Shown here: positions 56,724-64,000 of the stretch, piece by piece
Numbering within the stretch: the stretch's first letter is position 1
How the letters are laid out: each line of letters starts with the position of its first letter
From: Candidatus Iainarchaeum sp.
GTDB taxonomy: Archaea > Iainarchaeota > Iainarchaeia > Iainarchaeales > VGJJ01
Length of the DNA: 64,000 bases
Assembly: GCA_016699555.1 (NCBI GenBank)
Contig: CP064981.1
Span: 761,603-825,602 of the forward strand
Reading direction: 5' to 3'
The notes under the pieces: model-generated
Told to the model about the DNA's origin: nothing
Databases searched by the model: none
Seen by the model: only the letters and a program-made list of their open reading frames with translations
Position numbers and translations under genes: made by a program

Positions 56724-57443
56724 ATGTATCCTATGAACGATTTGCCTAGCCCAGAAGTTTATGAAAAAGAATTCAAGTATATGCCATGGGGCGAACTAAT
56801 CAATGACTTGCTCCAACTTATCGAGCGAGACGTCAAACCCCAATCGGAATTACTCGATCTCATGTGCGGCCCGGGTTATTTGTTGAGCAAAATTAGCACG
56901 ATGCGACCTGACTTAAAATTGACGGGGGTGGACATTGATAAGCGTTACACTCATTATACTAGAAACAAATACTCATCCATCGAATGCATCACTGCTGACG
57001 TACTAAAGTGGCAAACGAATAGGAAATTCGATACGATAGTATGCACGGGAGGGATCCATCACATTCCTTACCCACAGCAACATGCAATCGTGCAGAAAAT
57101 TTTTACACTCTTGAATGATGATGGATTTTGCATCGTTGCCGACCCTTATGTTTCCGACTACTCAAATGAAGAAGAAAGAAAGTTGGCAGCAGCAGAGTTG
57201 GGGTATGAGTATCTGGCAGCAGTGATTAGAAAAAATGCCCCGAACGAAATCATCACGGCAGCCGTTGACATCCTTGAAAATGACTTATTCATGACTGAAT
57301 ACAAAACATCGGTGAAAAAGAATACGCTACTCTTCAAAAAATATTTCTCATCCGTTGAAATCCATAAAACATGGCCTAAAAAAGAATCAGAATATGGGGA
57401 CTATTATTTTATATTGAAAAAATCAACCCACATACGCAAATGA
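56724..57443 (+). CDS. class I SAM-dependent methyltransferase
   Basis: Motif I LLDLMCGPGYL, motif II/III spacing; start placed at MYPMNDLP to avoid overlap with usp. Confidence 0.6.
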   Translation: MYPMNDLPSPEVYEKEFKYMPWGELINDLLQLIERDVKPQSELLDLMCGPGYLLSKISTMRPDLKLTGVDIDKRYTHYTRNKYSSIECITADVLKWQTNRKFDTIVCTGGIHHIPYPQQHAIVQKIFTLLNDDGFCIVADPYVSDYSNEEERKLAAAELGYEYLAAVIRKNAPNEIITAAVDILENDLFMTEYKTSVKKNTLLFKKYFSSVEIHKTWPKKESEYGDYYFILKKSTHIRK

Positions 57444-58232
57444 ATCCTTGCGCTTCTCGATGATGCTGCCTTCTTCCTTGGCGAACTCCAGGATGATCTT
57501 CGCCAACACGGGCGGCAACTTGCTCGTGGCAGCGATCTCTTTCAACTCGGCTTTCTTCAACCCCTTCATGGCCTGCATGACAAGGGGCATCTGCGCTTCG
57601 AGTTGAGCCGCTACGATGAGGTAGTAGAATCCGTCGAAGGTCTTCAATCCCTTCACTTCATTCGATTTCATGCGATCCGCCAACTCATACGAGCGCTGCT
57701 TCGCCGCACCCTCATTGCGCAAAATCTCAAACCCATCCGTGTCCAGGCGGTATTCTTCCACGGGCTTCTCTGAAATGATCGTGGGAATCGCACGCGCGGG
57801 AGCAGCAGGCGCAGGAGTTGCACTCAAGCGCACTTCGCGATAGATCCCTAAGTTGTATTTGGGAGAGGAACGGAATGCCTCCACTTTCTTGTTCAACAAT
57901 AACTCCTTGAACGCGCGCTGCTCTTCCGAGGAAAGGAATTGCTCAAATTTCCCTTCCACTAAATCACCGGGCCCATGGGTTTTCATGAGGCGCAATATCT
58001 TGAGATGGATGGGCTGTAATACAAAGTCACCTGCAGGAACGGATGCAATCGGAGAAGTGGGAGAAATGGAAGATGCGCCATTTTGGAGAGGACTGGTGTT
58101 TGTGAGAATCCAAATCCCATCTTTCACGTACGAAAGCTCAAGTTCTCCTTCCGCTGGCAAGCGTAATCCTTGGGTTTCTTGGGGAGAAATGGACTCCAAT
58201 AATTTCCGGATCGGAATACGGGCATTAGGCAT
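57423..58232 (-). CDS. hypothetical protein (possible C-terminal winged-helix)
   Basis: 269 aa; Ala/Pro linker; C-terminal LKKAELKEIAATSKLPPVLAKIILEFAKEEG helix-turn-helix-like. Confidence 0.3.
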   Translation of the reverse strand: MPNARIPIRKLLESISPQETQGLRLPAEGELELSYVKDGIWILTNTSPLQNGASSISPTSPIASVPAGDFVLQPIHLKILRLMKTHGPGDLVEGKFEQFLSSEEQRAFKELLLNKKVEAFRSSPKYNLGIYREVRLSATPAPAAPARAIPTIISEKPVEEYRLDTDGFEILRNEGAAKQRSYELADRMKSNEVKGLKTFDGFYYLIVAAQLEAQMPLVMQAMKGLKKAELKEIAATSKLPPVLAKIILEFAKEEGSIIEKRKDSFAYVG

Positions 58233-58316
58233 AGGGGATTAACGAACTCTCCGCCGACCTAGCTTTAAAGCTACGGGAAATAAATCGCCAAAGCCCGGCA
58301 GGAGGAGTAGCTACCA

Positions 58317-59114
58317 TTAGCCGCCCAGCAAATCCTTGGGAGGGACAATTGCCACGCCGCTCTTGGTGAAGTGCATGTCCATGACCCCATTATAGTGATT
58401 CGTCCCCCGCATCTTCAGGACCTCGATCTTGTGCTTGCGGTGGATGTTGCCGTTTTCGTCCTCGACCTTGCTGTAATAGAACAACACGATCCCATCCGTG
58501 AGAAAACCAATCTCCCCCGCAGTGCCTTCTTTTTCCGTTGAGATTTCTTCGGCGATGATAAGGGAGGTGCATCCCCACTTCACGAGGAAATCAAAAAACA
58601 CCAACAAGGCCTCGCGCTGCTTGTATTCGTCGCGGAACAGCAAGCCATAGGCGGTAATCGAATCGATCACCAACCGTTTCGCGCCGATTTCCTGGATGGC
58701 ATCCCTTACCGCGCCACCGCCTTCTTCCAACAACTTATTGACTTGGTGGGCCTTGTAGAAGAGGTGACGCGCCAATCCCTGCTGCTCCAACGCATAGAAG
58801 TCCCACCCAAAATTGAGGGCATGACGGAAGATACTGTCCTTCGACTCGGCGAAGCTCAAGTACACCCCGGGCTCGTTGTATTGAATGGCTCCCTGATAGA
58901 GGAATTGCAACGAAAACGTCGTCTTGCCCGTGCCCGCATAACCTTGCACGAGCGTATTCGTCTTTTCCTCGAGCCCACCCTCGATCAGCTCATCGAAGCC
59001 GGGAATCCCCGTGGGGATGCGACGGATGTTGGGCTTCGAATTGGGGATAGCAGCCGGGACAACAGGCACTTCAGGCATGCCAAGAGAAAATGGATAAGGC
59101 TTATTAAAGGCCAT
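58317..59114 (-). CDS. KaiC-like RecA-superfamily ATPase (second paralog)
   Basis: IPTGIPGFDELIEGGLEEKTNTLVQGYAGTGKT Walker A, same architecture as 24836-25552. Confidence 0.8.
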   Translation of the reverse strand: MAFNKPYPFSLGMPEVPVVPAAIPNSKPNIRRIPTGIPGFDELIEGGLEEKTNTLVQGYAGTGKTTFSLQFLYQGAIQYNEPGVYLSFAESKDSIFRHALNFGWDFYALEQQGLARHLFYKAHQVNKLLEEGGGAVRDAIQEIGAKRLVIDSITAYGLLFRDEYKQREALLVFFDFLVKWGCTSLIIAEEISTEKEGTAGEIGFLTDGIVLFYYSKVEDENGNIHRKHKIEVLKMRGTNHYNGVMDMHFTKSGVAIVPPKDLLGG

Positions 59115-59196
59115 TCCAAAGCCCAGAGAACCACCCCATCATACGTCGGCGGCACGCGACAAGGGCGCTTAAAATCATGCCGTTCATCTTTCATGC

Positions 59197-61137
59197 ATGC
59201 TGCCGGAGGGAGTCCCATTTCGATTCGATTCGGCAAGGCCAATCCAGGAAAAACTCATCACGGATGCGCACAACGCATTCATGGAAAAGAAAATACTCCT
59301 TGCACATGCTGAAACGGGATTAGGAAAGACAGATGCATCGCTTTCGGCGGCCATCGGAGCGATGCTCAAATTGGAGCCGCAGAAGACCATTCTTTTCCTC
59401 ACCCCCAAGAATGCACAGCACCAGATCGCACTCGAAGTATTACGCGGACTCAACACCAAGTTCGACCTGAAATTACGCGTCGTCGATCTCGTCGGAAAAA
59501 AACACATGTGCGCGGACGAAGCCGTTTCCCAGAAAGAAGGAAGGGGATTCTATGAGATGTGCAGCAAGAAAAAACGCTTCGAGGCCTGCACATTCTACGG
59601 CAACAGCAAGGGATACGATCTCGCCGGCAGAGAAAAAGCAAAAATGGGCAAAACGGAGTTTGTAAAATTCATGAATGGGATCTTTTCCTCCGAAGAGATC
59701 AAAGAAGAAGCCGAGGCATTCCAGTTAGGGCTTACGCCCTTCGGGTTATGCCCCTACGAGGCCGCGCTCGAACTCGCAAAAAAAGCGAACGTCATCATCG
59801 CCGACTACTTCCATATCTTTTCTCCCGGCGTCGCGGAGCAGATCCTTCCAAAGTTAGGGAAAAAACCCGAGGACATCATCCTCATCGTGGACGAAGCCCA
59901 TAATCTCCCCGAGCGCGTGCGCGGTCTCCTCTCGACGTCGCTTTCTACTTTCAATCTCCGCAAAGCCAGGGAAGAAGCGCTATTCCTCGAACAGAAAGTG
60001 TTGGCCGAACAATTACTGGAACTCGAAAAAGCCATCCAACAATTCGGGGAGAGCAAGCTCTCGACCGCGAAAGAACGCGAAGCCACGCTCAAGATGCAAG
60101 ACCTCACCAGCGCCGTGAAAGCGAGCATCCCCCATTTAGAGGAGATGGCGCTCGACTGCGAGCGATTCGGAGTGGACTACCTCGAAAAAAGCCAACGCGA
60201 TTCCGCCACGCTCATCGGAGTGGGAGAATTCTTGGACGCATGGGCGCAAGAGATCGAAGGGCAAGTGCGCGTGCTCAAGAAATGGGGAAACAACACCAAT
60301 GATTACTCGCTCTCGCTGAAGGGATTGGATCCCTCCCCCATCACGAACAAGATCCTCTCCAGCGTCCACGCTGCACTCTTGATGTCGGGGACCTTGCACC
60401 CATTGGAGATGTACGCGGACGTGTTAGGGGCGCCAAAGGAACGCGTGCGCCTGGAACAATACGCTTCGCCTTTCAATCCCAAAAACAGGCTCAACCTCAT
60501 CGTGACCACGGTAACGACCCAATACACGCAGCGCAACGAGAGCGAGTACGATAAGATCGCTGCGCACGCAGTCGAGATCGTCAATGCCATCCCGGGAAAT
60601 TCGATCGTCTTCTTCCCCTCATTCGCCATGCTCGACATCATCGGCAATCGCATGGTGGAAAAGATCCCGCGCCACGTGTTGCGGCAACGCGAGGGAATGA
60701 GCATCGCCGAAACCCAGCAACTCCTCCAGGAATTCCGCGGACACGCACAAGCATTCGGGTGCGTGCTCCTCGCGTGCGCGAGCGGGAGCATCGCCGAGGG
60801 ATTGGATTTTCCCGGGAACCAATTGCTGGCGGCCGTGATCGTGGGAATTCCGCTTGCGGAGATGAACCTGGAAACCCAAGCGTTGGTGCAGTACTACGAC
60901 CACAAGTTCAAGCAGGGATGGCATTACGGTTACATCTTCCCGGCCATGGGAAAGGCCATCCAAGCATCGGGAAGGGTCATCCGCACGCCCGAGGACCAAG
61001 GGATCATCGTTTTCTTGGACAAACGCTATGCGTGGGACAACTACAAGAACTGCCTCCCACCCACGCAAGAATTCACCATCACCCCCACCCCGCTCGAGGA
61101 TGTCAAACGCTTCTGGAAGGAGCGCGCGGGAAATTAA
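59197..61137 (+). CDS. xpd: XPD/Rad3-family 5'-3' DNA helicase with 4Fe-4S domain
   Basis: Walker A ETGLGKT, DEAH (DEAHNLPE), 4 Cys FeS cluster (C...C..C...C), Arch and HD2 motifs. Confidence 0.9.
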   Translation: MLPEGVPFRFDSARPIQEKLITDAHNAFMEKKILLAHAETGLGKTDASLSAAIGAMLKLEPQKTILFLTPKNAQHQIALEVLRGLNTKFDLKLRVVDLVGKKHMCADEAVSQKEGRGFYEMCSKKKRFEACTFYGNSKGYDLAGREKAKMGKTEFVKFMNGIFSSEEIKEEAEAFQLGLTPFGLCPYEAALELAKKANVIIADYFHIFSPGVAEQILPKLGKKPEDIILIVDEAHNLPERVRGLLSTSLSTFNLRKAREEALFLEQKVLAEQLLELEKAIQQFGESKLSTAKEREATLKMQDLTSAVKASIPHLEEMALDCERFGVDYLEKSQRDSATLIGVGEFLDAWAQEIEGQVRVLKKWGNNTNDYSLSLKGLDPSPITNKILSSVHAALLMSGTLHPLEMYADVLGAPKERVRLEQYASPFNPKNRLNLIVTTVTTQYTQRNESEYDKIAAHAVEIVNAIPGNSIVFFPSFAMLDIIGNRMVEKIPRHVLRQREGMSIAETQQLLQEFRGHAQAFGCVLLACASGSIAEGLDFPGNQLLAAVIVGIPLAEMNLETQALVQYYDHKFKQGWHYGYIFPAMGKAIQASGRVIRTPEDQGIIVFLDKRYAWDNYKNCLPPTQEFTITPTPLEDVKRFWKERAGN

Positions 61138-61188
61138 CGGTCGCACGAACATAACACTTATTATTCAAGGGCGCACTCACTCACGCAT

Positions 61189-61875
61189 ATGGGAATCGCT
61201 ATCCGCCCCAGCACGCGCCGCATGCGCAAGGCAACCCGTCGATTCGTCGAATGGCAAAATGCCAGCGCGCTCGCGGCGGCGCCTATTGCACCCACGCGCA
61301 AGATGCAGCGCGTCAAACAACGCCAAGTCATGCTGCAGGGAAAAGCAGCAACCACGCAAGCGGCTGTCGCCACCGTGCTTGCGCGACGCGCCGCAGCAAA
61401 AGCACGTCGCCCCGCATTGTTGCGATGGACTCCCTTGCTGAATCGTCGCGAGCGTAAACTCAACATCCGCGTGGCATCGCTGCAGGCGCAAGAGCGCGCG
61501 GAAGGAAATGTATTCAGGTCGCTCGAAGCGGCAAAAAAAGCGGCGCTAACGGCCGATGCAAAACAACGCGAAGAGGCGTACAAGCGCGCCGACGCCCGAT
61601 TGGCGCCAAAACTCACCACCCTCAAAAAGCGCTACACGCAACGCATCGCAAATATCCAACGCCTGTATGGGGGATCCATGTATGCAAGCCTCAACCCGCG
61701 CCAGCAAGCAAAGCTCGCGGGATGGTTCACGGATGCCATGCGCAAGATCAATGGCATTTCAAACGGTACCACGCTCATCATGGCGCATGCCTTGTTGGCG
61801 GATTCCCAAGAATACCTCCGCAACCGCGACTACCGAAGGGCCGCGCGCATGCTCTATCGCATCACCCAATTATAG
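61189..61875 (+). CDS. hypothetical basic Ala/Arg-rich protein
   Basis: 228 aa, GC-rich, low complexity N-half; no motif. Confidence 0.3.
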   Translation: MGIAIRPSTRRMRKATRRFVEWQNASALAAAPIAPTRKMQRVKQRQVMLQGKAATTQAAVATVLARRAAAKARRPALLRWTPLLNRRERKLNIRVASLQAQERAEGNVFRSLEAAKKAALTADAKQREEAYKRADARLAPKLTTLKKRYTQRIANIQRLYGGSMYASLNPRQQAKLAGWFTDAMRKINGISNGTTLIMAHALLADSQEYLRNRDYRRAARMLYRITQL

Positions 61876-61953
61876 GACATTTTACCCCTAGTCCCTTCCG
61901 ACGCACGCCTACCACTTAGCATTTAAAAAGGGCAAAAAACCTCATCTAGGTGG

Positions 61954-62601
61954 TTGGTGGATAGAATGGCCGAACGTAGTACTGGAATTATCCTCATCAT
62001 CGCACTCATCATCATTGCCGGCGGAGCATGGTATTTTTTCATTAACCAGCCAGCCAGCCCCTCCAATACCACTTCTACCAGCACTTTCACGGATGGTTTT
62101 TCCGCCATCCAACGCGCCCACGCTTTTCCGATGCAGGGAATGGACGAGGGTTATTTTACCCGCATGCTCGACATGACGGCGGCCGAACAACAAACGACAA
62201 CGGCGGCGATTCGATCTATCCACGATTCGCTCATCACCCAAAGCAATGACACCGCTTATCGCCTGAGCCAAATCACGTCCATCATCAATTCCATACTCGC
62301 CGCAACCGATGCGCGCGGAGAATTGAATGCGGCCAACGACCAGATACTCGCACTCGAATTGGACGATTACTGCGACCACCTACCATTATTCACCCAACGC
62401 GATCAAGCAGGAGAAAGGATGCTCACTTCCCTGCGCCAAGCCCAGGCAGCAATCCAAACATTCGTCAATAATTACCCTGCCGAAGCCGCACAACTCCAAC
62501 TCACTACGAACGCATTACAATTTGGAGATTATGAAAACGATATGACAAATGCAAAAGCAGCAACACAATCCCTTGCCCAGGCATGCACAGGAGGAATATG
62601 A
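61954..62601 (+). CDS. signal-anchored secreted protein, hypothetical
   Basis: N-terminal TM helix GIILIIALIIIAGGAWYFF, Thr/Ser-rich stalk. Confidence 0.4.
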   Translation: MVDRMAERSTGIILIIALIIIAGGAWYFFINQPASPSNTTSTSTFTDGFSAIQRAHAFPMQGMDEGYFTRMLDMTAAEQQTTTAAIRSIHDSLITQSNDTAYRLSQITSIINSILAATDARGELNAANDQILALELDDYCDHLPLFTQRDQAGERMLTSLRQAQAAIQTFVNNYPAEAAQLQLTTNALQFGDYENDMTNAKAATQSLAQACTGGI

Positions 62602-64000
62602 TGCGCCCACACCTGATTGGATCCATTTTACTACTTTTATTGTTCGCCGGTTTGGTGCACGCAAGTGAAATCAATCTCTACGCGAAGCTTGATACGAGCC
62701 TGCAAACCCTCATCGATGCGGACAGGGACATCTACTACAAGGACGTCATCAAGATATTCCCAGAAGGAGGAGACAAGCCCATTTACACAATCGAGTATGA
62801 CTATGTGGGGAGCCCTAATTATCACAAACTTACCATTTCAAAACTAGGACAATCAACGCCTGAAATAAAGTATTTTGGAGAGAATTTGAATGGCGGAAGC
62901 AAATTTTCTATTTTTGGAGGCGACACCATTGAGGGACAATTTGACAATTATGAATTCGGCAGTAAAACCGCCATCTACTACATGAAGCTGCAAATGTCCG
63001 AAAAAACGATCGCGGGATTCAATGCCTATTTTTCTGCGGAAAAACTGGCCCAAAATCCATCCCAAAAAGAAATGGAGTTCAGCGCCAAACAGGATGGAAC
63101 CACACTCCAGTTTGATACGGCAACCAAACGATTCTCGCTGCTAAACGATTCCCCCGTCGTCTTGACTATCCAGAATACCACGGGAAAACAGTTACTTATC
63201 GGAACCAACTACCAGCTTCCCTCAGCACCCACCACAGTGCCTAGCGCAACCAAAATTACCGACCCCGCAAAAGCAGACATCCCCCTGAATGGAACGGTTG
63301 AATTGAGCGCTTGCACCCAACTCGGCGTCGCCAATACCTGCGTGATTACGATTGAAAAAATCAATGGAAAAGCAATCAAGGACATCGATTTTTCATCGGG
63401 ACTCGGCATCACCGTTACGCGCGACAGCGATGGAGACGATAAATTTTCCGCAGTAGACTCGCGAACGATTACATTAAACGCAACCGAATCATATGTCGTC
63501 GCCGCGCAAGGTAACGCTCCAACGCTCACCCAGCTCAAGCGCATAGGGACTACGAACCAGTTTGAGCTCGCGGCTGACCAAATCATCACCGTTGGATTCC
63601 AGGGAGCCAAAAAAGATTCCGAAAAATTCGTCAGCTATGGAACCACTCCAATCACGGATTTCACTAGCGCTGCACGCAGTGCGAAAACCATCGGCAGCGA
63701 CCTCGCATTAACAACGGGGGCCATTTACAGGGTCACAGATGCATTCACCTTTGGATCCGTTGGAGGAAAAACCATCCGTGCAGCTGAGGGATTCGAGCTC
63801 ACCTATTACATCAATCTCGACAACGACCCTGCCATTGCGGCCAACGAAAAACAGACCATCACATTCCTCCCAAAAAAAAGCATTGATGCCCAATTCTTCT
63901 ATGAGGACAACCAACCCATCACCAAAAGCCAAGAGGACCAAGACACCTACTTGCTCGAAAAGGATGCAAAAATCCGCATCCAAGTGAAAGGGATGAAAGA
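62598..64000 (+). CDS. large secreted protein, 3' end outside window
   Basis: ATG overlaps previous stop (ATGATG); signal peptide MMRPHLIGSILLLLLFAGLVHASE; open to window end (>467 aa); not in ORF track because no stop. Confidence 0.5.
   Translation, partial: MMRPHLIGSILLLLLFAGLVHASEINLYAKLDTSLQTLIDADRDIYYKDVIKIFPEGGDKPIYTIEYDYVGSPNYHKLTISKLGQSTPEIKYFGENLNGGSKFSIFGGDTIEGQFDNYEFGSKTAIYYMKLQMSEKTIAGFNAYFSAEKLAQNPSQKEMEFSAKQDGTTLQFDTATKRFSLLNDSPVVLTIQNTTGKQLLIGTNYQLPSAPTTVPSATKITDPAKADIPLNGTVELSACTQLGVANTCVITIEKINGKAIKDIDFSSGLGITVTRDSDGDDKFSAVDSRTITLNATESYVVAAQGNAPTLTQLKRIGTTNQFELAADQIITVGFQGAKKDSEKFVSYGTTPITDFTSAARSAKTIGSDLALTTGAIYRVTDAFTFGSVGGKTIRAAEGFELTYYINLDNDPAIAANEKQTITFLPKKSIDAQFFYEDNQPITKSQEDQDTYLLEKDAKIRIQVKGMK

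Noticed and set aside
1-64000. CRISPR array / cas genes, transposases, integrases, toxin-antitoxin pairs
   Set aside because: No regularly spaced direct repeats (the recurring hairpins are dispersed single copies at gene ends), and no ORF with nuclease/integrase/transposase signatures was seen.

Overview
This 64 kb window looks like a compact archaeal chromosomal segment, not an obvious mobile island. It carries archaeal-type PheRS alpha/beta, archaeal/eukaryotic-type TrpRS, diphthine synthase, tRNA-splicing endonuclease EndA, NucS/EndoMS, Trm5, and DUF63/DUF357-like proteins. It also has many bacterial-like genes: a ZnuABC-type transporter, a Zn-lid adenylate kinase, a bacilliredoxin-like protein and two Ser-Lys type signal peptidases I. 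About 80 CDS are tightly packed, many with 4-10 nt overlaps, and there are 2 class-II tRNAs (Ser-GCU, Leu-CAA). I found no rRNA, CRISPR array, transposase or integrase. Three themes stand out. DNA repair and nucleotide metabolism is dense: EndoIII, PolX-PHP, DinB, NucS, Lhr plus its metallophosphoesterase, a DEDDh exonuclease, XPD, a Tag-like glycosylase, dCMP deaminase, Tmk, ScpA, and two KaiC-like ATPases. Metal homeostasis genes are scattered through the window: NikR divergent from a ZnuABC-like importer, a nicotianamine-synthase-like enzyme, a VIT1 Fe/Mn transporter, MgtE, and a large surface protein with MopE-type Cys/Asp metal-binding repeats. Envelope and secretion genes include several signal-anchored Pro/Gly/Cys-rich proteins next to a dedicated lipobox-bearing signal peptidase I paralog. 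The most unusual non-coding signal is a family of sequence-conserved palindromic hairpins reused at unrelated gene 3' ends: a 28-30 nt GGCCTGCCGAAACAGGCC element in 3 copies, TATTGC-N3-GCAATA stems in at least 4, and a TTTGATGAACCTTT-hairpin in 2. There is also a low-GC island at about 50.8-52.6 kb with a TraB-like paralog and a Tag-like glycosylase lacking the Zn-snap. Two conserved small genes missed by the >=60 aa ORF track are also called (DUF1289-like and Trm112-like). Everything is inferred from sequence by eye; no database search could be run.
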